This document shows positions 27,008-37,192 of a DNA stretch of 64,000 bases, piece after piece. Under the pieces are notes generated by a model. That model was not told the origin of the DNA and did not search any database. It saw nothing but the letters and a program-made list of their open reading frames with translations. Source of the DNA: Candidatus Bathyarchaeota archaeon. Lineage in GTDB: Archaea > Thermoproteota > Bathyarchaeia > 40CM-2-53-6 > CAVXDP01. The DNA is taken from positions 50,193 to 114,192 of the forward strand of contig CAVXDP010000015.1 in the NCBI GenBank assembly GCA_963760485.1, written 5' to 3'. Position numbers and translations under genes: made by a program. The stretch's first letter is position 1. The number at the start of each line of letters is the position of its first letter.

Positions 27008-27686
27008 CTAGCTGGTTATCCTCGTTCCAACATGTTCTCCTTTCAAAATTCTCACAATGTTCTCTGGGTCTTTTCCTGAAATTACCCAGGTTGGAATATG
27101 TGACCTCTCAATTATCCTGACAGAAACGGGATCCATCAATTCATAGCTCCCAGCCGAAAGATGCTCCCCTGAGGTGATACTGAGAAGCTTGTCAGTTGAA
27201 ATCTCATCAATCTTCTTCGCCTTTGGATCCTTTTTAGGGTCCGATGTGTAAACGCCGTCAACGTATGTCACATTGATTAGAAGTGAGGCGCCAACGGTCT
27301 CCGCAGCGATAGGCAGCAACAGCGTTCGTTGAATGGCCTGGCTGAAGTCCTCCCATAGCAACAACTTTTCCAAATTGGAAGAATTGACCTAGCTCCTCAA
27401 CACTCACTGGAACTTCGGGATATGCGTCATCCCCCAACGAGGTTATGAGAAGTTGAGCGTTCAGTCGTGAAACTAGAATTCCCATCTGATCGCAGAGAGC
27501 TTCACTTGCACCCAGTCTCCTTGCCGTATCTATGTATTTCCTTGCATTCTTCCCTCCGCCAGTGACTATTACTATTTGATTACCATCATGTTGGATCTTG
27601 GCAATCATATCGCTGTAAGCCTTGAGTTTCTCAGCAGACAAGTCGGTTGGGAAGAGGAATCCACCAAGTTTCATCGCGATCTTCAC
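27008..27686 (-). CDS. pyrH: uridylate kinase (frameshifted at about 27311)
   Basis: KLGG, VTGGG..AR.YI, GGLQPGHSTNAVAA, VDGVYTSDPK. Removing one base joins the two ORFs. Confidence 0.92.
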
Positions 27687-27772
27687 AAGACGTACCTCAA
27701 GTCTCTATCAGCTTGCAGTGAGCTTATATAATTCGCTATTTCGTTAGCCAAATGTTTCAGGAGTACAATTAA

Positions 27773-29026
27773 GTGTCATCTTCTGATTCTGTGCCTAGAT
27801 TCAAACTCAAACGTACCCTTGACCTCTTATCGTCAAAAGAGGGTAGGGGGACAGAACTAATTTCAGTGTATGTTCCTCCGAACAAGAAGATTCATGAGGT
27901 CATGAACAACCTTCGGCAAGAGTACGGAACAGCTTCAAACATAAAGTCACGTTCAACTCGAAAGAACGTTCAGGACTCCATTGAAAGAGTGAGTCAGAGA
28001 CTCAAACTCTTCAAGCAGGCTCCGCCCAATGGCCTAGTCATCTTCTGCGGTGCAATCCCTCAGAACGGTCCGGGCAGCGAGAGGATGGAGATATACGCAC
28101 TAGAGCCTCCAGAAGAAATACACGTCTACTTCTATCGTTGTGACAACAGGTTCCACACGGAACCTCTCTTGGAGATCATGAGGGAGAAGGAAACTTATGG
28201 TATCCTTGTGATCGATTCGAATGATGCGGTTGTGGCAACACTTCGGGGTAGACGTATGGAGGTTCTAAAAGAGTATCACTCGGGGCTCGGTGGAAAACAC
28301 AAGACTGGAGGGCAATCGGCTAGACGTTTCGAAAGGATCAGAGAACAGGGACTTAATGATTATTTCAAACGTGTTGGAGCGCATGTCAGTGATATCTTCA
28401 CTCAGATATCTGACCTTCGCGGCCTAATCGTAGGTGGCCCGGGTCCAACAAAGTATGATTTCGCCGAAGGAGAATACCTGAATTACATTCTCAAAGAGAA
28501 GATTATTGGAATTGTCGACACTTCATATGTTGGAGCAAATGGTGTGGAAGAGGTTGTTACAAAGAGCCCAGAGATACTTCGCGGCGTAAGGTATAGCGAT
28601 GAAAAAAGAGCTGTTCAACGTTTCCTCTACGAAGTTGGACACGAGACTGGATTGGGTGTATATGGCGAAACTGAAGTCAGAAGATATCTAGGTCAAGGAA
28701 TAGTTGATACTTTACTACTCTCTGAAAAGGTAAACATCGTCCACGTTGAAACGAAGTGTACAACATGCGTCTACAAGGATGACAAGCTTATGGCTCCATC
28801 GGAACTCATGAAATACGAACAGACTCTACCAGATGCACGATGCCCAAAATGCTCTAACAATACTCTTACAATTGAAAACAGGGAAGACCTTGTGGATGAA
28901 TTTATCGATATGGCAGACAAAGCTGGAGCCAAAATTGAGATTGTTTCAGTTGAAACTGAAGAAGGTGTAATGCTTCGAGAATCATTCGGTGGAATTGCAG
29001 CTATTCTCAGATACAGGCCGGGTTAA
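27773..29026 (+). CDS. prf1: archaeal peptide chain release factor aRF1
   Basis: GTELIS, NIKS, YRCDNRF, GGQS, FGGIAAILRY. Confidence 0.97.
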   Translation: MSSSDSVPRFKLKRTLDLLSSKEGRGTELISVYVPPNKKIHEVMNNLRQEYGTASNIKSRSTRKNVQDSIERVSQRLKLFKQAPPNGLVIFCGAIPQNGPGSERMEIYALEPPEEIHVYFYRCDNRFHTEPLLEIMREKETYGILVIDSNDAVVATLRGRRMEVLKEYHSGLGGKHKTGGQSARRFERIREQGLNDYFKRVGAHVSDIFTQISDLRGLIVGGPGPTKYDFAEGEYLNYILKEKIIGIVDTSYVGANGVEEVVTKSPEILRGVRYSDEKRAVQRFLYEVGHETGLGVYGETEVRRYLGQGIVDTLLLSEKVNIVHVETKCTTCVYKDDKLMAPSELMKYEQTLPDARCPKCSNNTLTIENREDLVDEFIDMADKAGAKIEIVSVETEEGVMLRESFGGIAAILRYRPG

Positions 29027-29082
29027 GGTTGATATTCGTTGTTGTGAAATAACGTGGGTGACTAATTGGGTGACGTTGAGCG

Positions 29083-29394
29083 TTGAAATTTGAGGCAAAA
29101 GTCTGGAAACTAATGGAGAGAATACCCAAGGGTAGAGTTACGACTTACGGTATGATTGCGAAGAGACTGAATACAAAGGCATACAGGGCGATCGGCAATG
29201 CTTGTCGTAAGAATCCCTATGCTCCAAGAGTCCCATGCCATAGAGTAGTAAGGTCTGACGGGACTGTTGGTGGCTTTGGGGGGAAAACCTCTGGCAAAAC
29301 TGTGGAAAAGAAGATCCAACTGCTGAGAGAAGAGAACGTTGAGATAAGAAACGGAAGAATCATAGATTTTGAGAGGGTTCTTTTCAGTTTCTGA
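29083..29394 (+). CDS. MGMT-family alkyltransferase (short form)
   Basis: IPKGRVTTYG..A, RAIGNA, PCHRVV. Confidence 0.88.
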   Translation: MKFEAKVWKLMERIPKGRVTTYGMIAKRLNTKAYRAIGNACRKNPYAPRVPCHRVVRSDGTVGGFGGKTSGKTVEKKIQLLREENVEIRNGRIIDFERVLFSF

Positions 29395-29436
29395 TATCTT
29401 ACGGTTCAGAGAATTGGATTATCAACGTGCCTGACC

Positions 29437-29850
29437 ATGAAAGCATTGTTTCGTGAAGTCGAAATCTCTACAGATGTCAGACAACAACTTGTGGATGTAA
29501 CGGAACACGTTGAACGAATTGTCAGAGACAGTGGAATTGAGAACGGAATATGCCTGATCCACTCGCTACACTCAACAACGGGTATCATAATCAACGAACA
29601 TGAAAGTGGGTTAGTGGATGACATACTGAGAAAGATCACAACGGATTATCCCCGTGGTGCTGGTTGGCGCCACGATAGGATAGATGACAATGCAGATGCG
29701 CACCTTGCTTCGGTTTTCACTGGATCATCAAAGACACTGCCTGTGAGAATGGGAAAACTAGTAAGAGGAACTTGGCAGAACATTTTCCTGCTGGAGTTGG
29801 ATGGCCCCAGGACAGGAAGAAGAATAGTCATTGAGGTTCTGGGAGAATAG
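29437..29850 (+). CDS. YjbQ/UPF0047 family protein
   Basis: HSTT...INE.E, NADAHL, GTWQ.IF..E.DGPR. Confidence 0.92.
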   Translation: MKALFREVEISTDVRQQLVDVTEHVERIVRDSGIENGICLIHSLHSTTGIIINEHESGLVDDILRKITTDYPRGAGWRHDRIDDNADAHLASVFTGSSKTLPVRMGKLVRGTWQNIFLLELDGPRTGRRIVIEVLGE

Positions 29851-29873
29851 AAACGATTCCGCGAGACTAGTCA

Positions 29874-30356
29874 TCATGTAAATCGCCCGTCGTCTCTTGT
29901 ACTGAAAAGCCTCTGAACATTGTTTTCAAGCCATCCGATCCTTTGGACATTCCAGGCGTCGAACTGTGGAACGTAGGGTTTAACGTCCAAGAGAGGCGTA
30001 CCTTCTACTATGTCCACGCCTTGAATATGGAGGGTTTCTCTTCCTACCTTGAGGAGTCGCACTACTGATTGGCCAATCGGGTTCGGACGAGCCGGTGCCC
30101 GAGTAGCAAAAACCCCGTGCAGTTTGTCGTCGAGATATGGCTTCACCTTTAGCGAGAACCTTTTGGAGAGATGGAAATGGTATATCAGAATAATATGTGA
30201 GAATCCTTCGATGTCATCAAGCCCCTTTGTATACTCTGGGAACACTTCCACAGTACCTCTGACACCTAAGGCTGCAGCCGATTGTATCGGCATACTATGA
30301 GCGTCTTTGAATGGAGAATGGATGACTCCTATTGGCTCATACACTATTCTTTTCAT
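29874..30356 (-). CDS. tsaA: tRNA m6t6A37 methyltransferase TsaA/TrmO
   Basis: PIG.IHSPF, GVFATRAP.RPNPIG, GTPLLDVKPY. Confidence 0.9.
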   Translation of the reverse strand: MKRIVYEPIGVIHSPFKDAHSMPIQSAAALGVRGTVEVFPEYTKGLDDIEGFSHIILIYHFHLSKRFSLKVKPYLDDKLHGVFATRAPARPNPIGQSVVRLLKVGRETLHIQGVDIVEGTPLLDVKPYVPQFDAWNVQRIGWLENNVQRLFSTRDDGRFT

Positions 30357-30394
30357 GGCATCATTCCTTCATCATACTTGCCGGAGGGCCTTTG

Positions 30395-30568
30395 CTACGT
30401 CTTGGAATAGAAAAGGCATCTTTCCTTGAGGCATTCCTTGTTCAAGGGGCTGAAAGTGCATTTTATCTTCTTGTAGATGCCGAAGCTCTTTTTCAGGAAT
30501 TTGGCTGCGTCTATCATGGATAGAAACATGTTTCTTTTGGAGCATCTGGGCCCTCCATGAACGACTGA
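30395..30568 (-). pseudogene. C-terminal remnant resembling DUF5714-type Cys-rich proteins
   Basis: Hand translation HGGPRCSKRNMFLSMIDAAKFLKKSFGIYKKIKCTFSPLNKECLKERCLFY, preceded by an in-frame stop. Confidence 0.45.
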
Positions 30569-30663
30569 TTAGCTCAGCAGTCTCGTCCTTCAGCTCACCT
30601 GTCGAATTGCAGATGGTTGCCAAGGTACTTAAGAGAAGAACGGTTTACAAACTTGTCTGTTGG

Positions 30664-30705
30664 AAAGTATATATGTATCGGAACATAGCTAATGTGCTAT
30701 ATAGC
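30664..30705 (+). promoter_or_regulatory. ars operon promoter and candidate ArsR operator
   Basis: AAAGTATATATG followed by the inverted repeat ATAGC-N6-GCTAT (30685-30700) just before the arsR ATG. Confidence 0.5.
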
Positions 30706-30714
30706 GTGAACCGT

Positions 30715-31044
30715 ATGGACGAAATTAGTATAATCAATTTTAAGTCAACAGTGTTTGACGCCTTAGGAGATCCAAGCAGATTGAAGATATTGGACTTCTT
30801 GAGAGGGGGTGAAAAATGTGCTTGTGACATTGTTCCAACGGTTGGTTTCGCGCAGCCAACTGTTTCAAGGCATCTAAAGGTCTTGATTGACTGCGGTATT
30901 CTGAAGAGACGCAAGGAAGGCAACAGAATGTTATACTCGGTTACCTCGCGTAAGATCTATGATTTGATAGATATGGTGGACTCACGTCTTATTGATTCTC
31001 TGAGCAGGAATGTTATCGCTAGGATACAGCAGGGGTATCGATAA
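30715..31044 (+). CDS. arsR: ArsR/SmtB metalloregulator
   Basis: FDALGDPSRLKIL, EKCACDI (alpha3 CxC site), QPTVSRHLKVL. Confidence 0.88.
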   Translation: MDEISIINFKSTVFDALGDPSRLKILDFLRGGEKCACDIVPTVGFAQPTVSRHLKVLIDCGILKRRKEGNRMLYSVTSRKIYDLIDMVDSRLIDSLSRNVIARIQQGYR

Positions 31045-31069
31045 GAAAACAGTGGGGGAGAAAGTATCG

Positions 31070-31453
31070 ATGAGCAAGAACGGAGTTTCAACTGATAAGA
31101 AGAAACTTGGCTTCATATTTTGTGTCTGCACAGGCAAATGCCCAGGATTCAAGGATCTAGACATGTGGGATTTCATTAACACGGTCAGAGCCGAATACCC
31201 AGTCGAGTACGCATTCATTCATCCCATGCTCTGCGATGAGGATGGAGATAGATTCCTTCAGGACTTCCTGCGAAATGATAGAAGATACTTCATTGCTGGA
31301 TGCGCCCCTGTGATGCAGAAGAAGCTCTTTCGAGATGCCTTTGAGAGAGCGGGACTTGACATAAACAAAGACCTGACTCCACTAGACGTCAGAAACATGA
31401 CTACACAGAAAGCGTTGGAGATCGTAAAAAACGCTCTAGAGGCCGCTGCCTAG
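31070..31453 (+). CDS. stand-alone HdrA N-terminal-like FeS domain protein
   Basis: GFIFCVC, MLC, IAGCAP....KLFR......GL......LDVRN, matching the HdrA N-terminal Cys pattern. Confidence 0.65.
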   Translation: MSKNGVSTDKKKLGFIFCVCTGKCPGFKDLDMWDFINTVRAEYPVEYAFIHPMLCDEDGDRFLQDFLRNDRRYFIAGCAPVMQKKLFRDAFERAGLDINKDLTPLDVRNMTTQKALEIVKNALEAAA

Positions 31454-31454
31454 A

Positions 31455-31742
31455 TTGGCTGAAGAAACTTACATGGGAGTCGAACGAAGTAAAATCCCGT
31501 GGTACCCAACCATCGACCGTGAAAAATGCAACCTCTGCGAAGGAGACCCACAGTGCCTAAAGTTCTGTCCACACGGGGTCTATGAATACAACAAAGAGAA
31601 GAAAGAATTGACTACCAAGAACCCGTGTAACTGCGTAGTGTTTTGCAGAGCCTGCTCTAAAGTTTGTGCTGCAGACGCATTGAGCTTCCCAAACAAGAAA
31701 GAAATATTGGGACTGATAAAGAATGTCAGAGAAGAAAAGTAA
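31455..31742 (+). CDS. 2[4Fe-4S] ferredoxin
   Basis: CNLC.....C..FCP and CVVFCRACSKVC. Confidence 0.88.
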   Translation: MAEETYMGVERSKIPWYPTIDREKCNLCEGDPQCLKFCPHGVYEYNKEKKELTTKNPCNCVVFCRACSKVCAADALSFPNKKEILGLIKNVREEK

Positions 31743-32124
31743 ACACATCATCATTCCATGTAGTGGCATAGGCAAGGCCGTCGGAACAGTCGCACGTAGC
31801 GCCACGTACATAGTAACAGATGAAATGTTGCCAATGAAATCTGAAACAATCTGCCTCCCTCTATTGACCATCGAGGATAAGGAAACAGTGGAGAAAGTAA
31901 GATACAACCCGTGCATAACTATAGACGGTTGTATAGCTCAATGTGCAAAGAAAAACGTGGAATACCATAGAGGAAATCTGAAGACAGCCATCAACGTACT
32001 GGACATTTTGAAACAGAATCCTGGATTGAAACCTGGCACGGTTCTTGACATCGGTCCAGATGGTGAAAAACTCGCGAACAAGATCGCCGAGAAAATAGTA
32101 AGAATCGTCGGTGACGGAAGTTGA
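31723..32124 (+). CDS. DGC-domain putative Zn-binding protein 1
   Basis: IPCSG, ICLP, IDGC...CA. Confidence 0.85.
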   Translation: MSEKKSKHIIIPCSGIGKAVGTVARSATYIVTDEMLPMKSETICLPLLTIEDKETVEKVRYNPCITIDGCIAQCAKKNVEYHRGNLKTAINVLDILKQNPGLKPGTVLDIGPDGEKLANKIAEKIVRIVGDGS

Positions 32125-32531
32125 AGATCACTTCAAGAAAGATCGGTCTAATCTCGTGTAGTGGAGAAGACCTTCCAGAAGGCACCATATCCAGAGTTGC
32201 GACAAGAAGGATACTCGAACAAAGGGATGATATGGTAACTATATGTTTACCACTATTTCTAGCAGGTGGACAAGGAGAAAGAGATTTTGCCAAAGAAAAC
32301 CCGTGCATAACCGTTGACGGATGCGAAAAGAAATGCGCTGCCGTTGGCGTGAATAAATACGGAGGAGTAACTCCTCGTTCTTCAATAGTGATCTCAGAGA
32401 TGGTGAAAACGCTGAAGTTTCCGAAACCAATCTCGAAGAGTAAAATTGTGCGGCAGGATGAAGACCTCGTTAGGAAGACCATGAGTATTATAAATGAAAG
32501 AATCAAGACCGTGAAGGAAGGTAATGATTGA
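32121..32531 (+). CDS. DGC-domain putative Zn-binding protein 2
   Basis: ISCSG, ICLP, VDGCEKKCA. Confidence 0.85.
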   Translation: MKITSRKIGLISCSGEDLPEGTISRVATRRILEQRDDMVTICLPLFLAGGQGERDFAKENPCITVDGCEKKCAAVGVNKYGGVTPRSSIVISEMVKTLKFPKPISKSKIVRQDEDLVRKTMSIINERIKTVKEGND

Positions 32532-32947
32532 TGTCAGACGAAAGAAAGAAAGTGGCAGTAGCCGTGTGCACCGGAATGGATCAACCGCTCGCCACCGTAG
32601 CCAGATACGCAGGATACCACGTTCTGGAAAAACTAAGACCCGATAAGACTGTACTGCTCTGCACCCCCGCCCTATTAGGAGGCGTACAAGAAGACGTGGA
32701 CTTTGTCAAAAACAATCCCGCCTTGATTATAGATGGCTGTGAAGAGAAATGCTGCGAAAAGATAGTCAAGAATGCCAAGGGCAAGGTAAGAGCAATCATT
32801 AACGTCAAAGACATCTTGAATGAACATAGAGACTTGCAGCCTGAATCTAGGGTCAAACTGGGGCGAAATGGAATGAAACTTGCTGAGATGGTCGGAGAAA
32901 TAGCTGCGAAGAAGGTTGACGAAATACTTGAAGGTGGAGAAGTTTGA
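32528..32947 (+). CDS. DGC-domain putative Zn-binding protein 3
   Basis: AVCTG, LCTP, IDGCEEKCC. Confidence 0.85.
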   Translation: MMSDERKKVAVAVCTGMDQPLATVARYAGYHVLEKLRPDKTVLLCTPALLGGVQEDVDFVKNNPALIIDGCEEKCCEKIVKNAKGKVRAIINVKDILNEHRDLQPESRVKLGRNGMKLAEMVGEIAAKKVDEILEGGEV

Positions 32948-33339
32948 GCGAGAAGAAAGTGGCTATAGTTGCCTGCACTGGAATGGGAAAGACTCTTGGT
33001 ACAGTAGCAAGACAGGTCGCATACAAGGTTGTAGAGGAGCTACGACCAGAAAAAACAGTCTTGATATGCATTCCATCATTGGCTGCTAACGTGGGAGAAT
33101 ACAGGAATCATGTGAAGAATTATCCATCCATCATATTGGATGGTTGCGTGGAAAGATGTGCTACCAAGATCATATCTGAGAACAATGGCATGATAAAGGG
33201 AAAATTGTTCCTTCCACAATTAGTCAAGAAATATGGATTGAAACCAGGACCCAGGGCGGACATTGGACCAGAAGGAGAAGAATTGGTTTCAAAGATCGCT
33301 CAAGAAGTTGCAGAGCAGGTTGACAGACTTCTGCCGTGA
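32944..33339 (+). CDS. DGC-domain putative Zn-binding protein 4
   Basis: VACTG, ICIP, LDGCVERCA. Confidence 0.85.
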   Translation: MSEKKVAIVACTGMGKTLGTVARQVAYKVVEELRPEKTVLICIPSLAANVGEYRNHVKNYPSIILDGCVERCATKIISENNGMIKGKLFLPQLVKKYGLKPGPRADIGPEGEELVSKIAQEVAEQVDRLLP

Positions 33340-33806
33340 ACTCTATGAATCATCTGGAGTTTAGACTCGATAAATGGATATTTAGAGTCCCCAAGGATCG
33401 GCTGTACAACGAGAATGATTGTTGGGCAAAAATCGACGATAACACTGCCACAGTGGGCATCACCGACTTTCTCCAAAACATTATGAGTGACGTAATCTTC
33501 GTTCAGCTACCCAAAATAGGAGACAAGATCGAACAATTCGATGAAGCAGGATCACTCGAGTCAATAAAAGCCACTCTTGACGTAATATCGCCAGTATCTG
33601 GATTGGTTCAAGAAGCAAACAGTGAATTGGTCAATGCTCCAGACTTGGCAAACACCGATCCATACGGAAAAGGATGGTTTCTGAAAATTCAACTCTCAGA
33701 CTTCAAGTCTGATAGAGAAAACCTAATCGACGCGGCGGATTACCTAGAAGTAATGAAAAAGAAGGCCGAGAGAGAGCAGGACAAGCTGAAGAAGGGGAAG
33801 TCTTGA
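33336..33806 (+). CDS. glycine cleavage H-like lipoyl-carrier protein
   Basis: VGITDF.Q, LESIKA (lipoyl Lys), SPVSG, N.DPYGKGW. Confidence 0.9.
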   Translation: MNSMNHLEFRLDKWIFRVPKDRLYNENDCWAKIDDNTATVGITDFLQNIMSDVIFVQLPKIGDKIEQFDEAGSLESIKATLDVISPVSGLVQEANSELVNAPDLANTDPYGKGWFLKIQLSDFKSDRENLIDAADYLEVMKKKAEREQDKLKKGKS

Positions 33807-34639
33807 AAGAAGAAGAGATAAGAAAAGTTGTTAGAAAGAGCTATGCAAGAGTAGCGAAGCCAGGTGGCTCCTGCTGTGTTCCTGTAACTTCTTGTTGTGG
33901 AAATATTGATTCAGTCTCGAACATCAGCAAGAAGATGGGGTACACCGACAAAGAACTTGAGGCTGTTCCTGAGGGAGCAAACCTAGGTTTAGGATGTGGA
34001 AACCCAGTTGCTCTGGCATCATTGAAAGAGGGGGAGACAGTTCTAGATCTTGGTTCCGGAGCAGGATTCGACTGTTTTCTCGCCGCCAACAGAGTTGGAA
34101 AAACAGGAAAAGTCATTGGCGTAGATATGACGCATGAAATGATTGAGAAGGCAAGAGAGAATGTCGTCAAAGGCAATTATGGCAATGTAGAGTTTAGGCT
34201 TGGAGAGATTGAGAATCTTCCAGTCGCAGACAATTCAGTTGACATAGTCATTTCAAATTGTGTAATCAATCTCTCCCCCGACAAAAGAAGGGTCTTCACA
34301 GAAGCCCACAGAGTCCTCAGACCGGGTGGCAGGCTCATGGTCTCTGACATAGTTCTTACAAAAGAGCTTCCTGATTCGATAAAGAACTCTGCGCAGGCAT
34401 ACGTCGCCTGCTTGGCTGGAGCCATGATGAAAGACAAGTATCTTGAGGCAATTAGAGCGGCAGGGTTTCAGGAAGTCAAGGTAATTGAGGAGACGACTTT
34501 TCCTGTCGAGTATCTAGTCAATGATCCCGCTGGAAAAGCGGTTGTGGAAGATTCAGGAATTCGTGCGGAGGACCTAGAAGAGATTGCAGACGGGATTCTG
34601 AGTGTTAAGGCATCAGGAATAAAATCCAGGAAGGTATGA
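33803..34639 (+). CDS. arsM: arsenite S-adenosylmethionine methyltransferase
   Basis: SCC..SCCG, NLGLGCGNP, LDLGSGAGFD, ISNCVINL, CLAGA. Confidence 0.93.
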   Translation: MKEEEIRKVVRKSYARVAKPGGSCCVPVTSCCGNIDSVSNISKKMGYTDKELEAVPEGANLGLGCGNPVALASLKEGETVLDLGSGAGFDCFLAANRVGKTGKVIGVDMTHEMIEKARENVVKGNYGNVEFRLGEIENLPVADNSVDIVISNCVINLSPDKRRVFTEAHRVLRPGGRLMVSDIVLTKELPDSIKNSAQAYVACLAGAMMKDKYLEAIRAAGFQEVKVIEETTFPVEYLVNDPAGKAVVEDSGIRAEDLEEIADGILSVKASGIKSRKV

Positions 34640-34838
34640 ATCCAGAGAGTTCCACTCCATTATCGAGAAGGGTTGCCTCGCATCTCCAGATTTGTTATTG
34701 CTCGTCTTCATGTCTCTAACTCTTCCACTGGTTTCTTGTTTTTGAATAGTCATCTAGGTACTTGCCAGACGCTTGTATCTAGGCAGCTCTGGCATCCATT
34801 GAATACTCAGGTAAGAGGGTCTATAGGTTTTCTATGGG

Positions 34839-34861
34839 AAGATTTGTGTTGCACAAATCTT
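34839..34861. repeat. perfect 10-bp inverted repeat
   Basis: AAGATTTGTG-TTG-CACAAATCTT followed by TTTT. Confidence 0.7.
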
Positions 34862-35089
34862 TTTGTCCATCAGCAACAAGAGACTTTGGCATGAATTAGC
34901 AGTTTGGACAAAAAAAGACACGAGAGTCAACGTTCACACCAAAACGCCTTAAGACTATTTTCACATGGGCTGGAATTCTAAGAAATGGAAAGATTACCTG
35001 AAATAGAGAGTTTGCGAGATTCTAGCTAATGAAAAAAACTTGGCAGTTGATAATTCCACATCTCGCAAGGGGGTCCATAAGTTTCCCTG

Positions 35090-36144
35090 TTAGACATGCT
35101 TGTAAATGTCGGTGGACGTGTAGTTTCCGGTCCGCATCTCTTCCTCTATCTGATGAAGCAAAAGTATCCTCTTGTAAGTGGGAGGATGAGTTGAGAAAGC
35201 TGCGTTAACGCTAGCCCACGTTGATTTTGCCTCTTTCTCCATGGCCAACTCCAGTTCACGTTGATCCAACACTCCATCCTTGTCCAGGTCATACTCCTCT
35301 CGCTTGTCCATGATGGAGCCTACTTCCTGTCTTGCCAACGCTGGGTCGGATATGAATAATGCGCGAGTCCCAGGCGTTTCCTCCGGTCGCAGGGATAAGC
35401 CATAAGCAATCTTCGTCAATGCACTCTCCAAACTCCTAGGAGAACTCGTAAGATACGCTGAGTACGCATCCGAGAAATGTTCTCTCAGGCGACTAAGTCT
35501 CAACACCAAAAGCTGCGCAACAAAATACACAACAAGCGCGATTACGCCTGCCAGGATCAAGTAAGATGCACTATCCCTCCTTTCACCCCTTCTACCCACA
35601 TAACCAAACCCAAAAGCCGCTCTAGAAACAATATAAGCGATAAGAGGAATAGCAGAAAGGAACGTCATCACTATGGAGTCTTTATGCTTGATATGTCCAA
35701 GTTCGTGTCCGATAACTCCTTTCACCTCGTCTTGGTTAAGTTGCCTTAAGAGCCCCTCATGCACCGCCAACGTCATTCTCGAGGTCGAGTTTCCGAAGAC
35801 GAAAGCATTAGGAGTCTGATTTGGAACGATGGCAAGTCTCGGCATCGGTACACCACTCTTCGCCGAAGCTCTCTAACAGTGTTCTCAAGCCATGGGAACG
35901 TACCAGGATCCACATACTTCAACCTCATCGAAGCCGACACTATGTACGGGCTTATGGCATACTGTATCAACATGAAGAAGAGCGCTAGCACGAAGGCACC
36001 AAAAAGTGTGGAATATGGTGAGAGATTCAGGTCAGTGCTTGCGCTGAAGAGAAGCGTAACCGCGCCGATAAATATGACGAAGATAATCAGCGTTATGATT
36101 ATCGTTAGAAACATTGTGCCTTTTAGTCGAGCTATTCCAGCCAT
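35090..36144 (-). CDS. htpX: HtpX-family M48 membrane zinc protease (frameshifted at about 35866)
   Basis: PNAF..G, HELGH, SRLRE..SD, FSTHP. Adding one base gives VRELSAKSGVPMPR. Confidence 0.9.
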
Positions 36145-36321
36145 GGGCTAAGCCTCTTCGAAGTCCAGTTTGAAAATTGAACCCGACGGTTGGTATAAAC
36201 GTGGCGCCACAGAATGTAAAACAACATAGGGAACTGAGTTTTCAAACCCAAATCTTTTGAAGTCTAAATAACTCATTTGAACTAGTTCAACGGTATCGTA
36301 TCCTGTCAGGTTGGCGATCGC

Positions 36322-37062
36322 TTGACTGAAATTGTCGAACGCATTGATTGTCCTCATTGTGGAGCTCCAGTCGCTATTCAACCCGGAGAGTTGGTATTCA
36401 CCTGCAAGTACTGTGGCTTCACAAGCGTCATAGAAACGGGCAAAGCTTTCGAGTTCGAACACTCGCTGATACTGAACAAGCTCGAAACTCCGCAGGTCAC
36501 TGAAACTCTGATAGGTTGGATGCGAAACAGTTTCATGGCCCCAAGAGATCTAGCAAAGAAATCGAAGATAACGGAAACAACCCTCGTTTACGTGCCATTT
36601 TGGATAGTCTCGGTTAAGGCGTCAAGCCACTACAAGGGAATCTTCGAAAGGATAAGCCCACCGGCTACGAAAGAAGGCGATATCGAGAAGGATTATGCAT
36701 GGCTTGTGCTTGCGAGAAAAGCATCATATTTTCCAACGAGTTCGTACAAGACTCCGCTCCAAGCAAAGGTTCCATTTGACTTTACTAAGGTTCAACCCGA
36801 AGCAAAGGTTCTCAATAGTGAAATAGAGGCGAATGAGGCGGTCAACATTGCGGAAGGAGAGATAAAGGATCTCCATTCGTTTCTGTCGAAGCAAGACGTT
36901 GACAGACTGATCGAGTTTTCCACAAACTTCGAAGTGAAAGGCACAACTTACCTTCATGCACCGATCTGGCTCGTCAAATATCAGTACAAGAATTCGGACT
37001 ATCATGCTTACATCGACGGAAGCTCTGGAGACTTAGTCAAATGCGATCTTCCAGTTACTTAG
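36322..37062 (+). CDS. Zn-ribbon protein, YdjG-like (SPFH-associated)
   Basis: CPHCGA...CKYCG, YVPFW, H.P.W...Y.YK......IDG.SG. Confidence 0.65.
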   Translation: MTEIVERIDCPHCGAPVAIQPGELVFTCKYCGFTSVIETGKAFEFEHSLILNKLETPQVTETLIGWMRNSFMAPRDLAKKSKITETTLVYVPFWIVSVKASSHYKGIFERISPPATKEGDIEKDYAWLVLARKASYFPTSSYKTPLQAKVPFDFTKVQPEAKVLNSEIEANEAVNIAEGEIKDLHSFLSKQDVDRLIEFSTNFEVKGTTYLHAPIWLVKYQYKNSDYHAYIDGSSGDLVKCDLPVT

Positions 37063-37192
37063 GGTAGATTCTCGGAGTTCTGATCAAGACAACCAGATTG
37101 TCACTGGAATATCCCCCGAAGCCTTTAACTTCTGAGATGAACAATTCACAGTAGCCAAGGCTAGTTAACAGACCGGCTTTGAGGAACAATTA

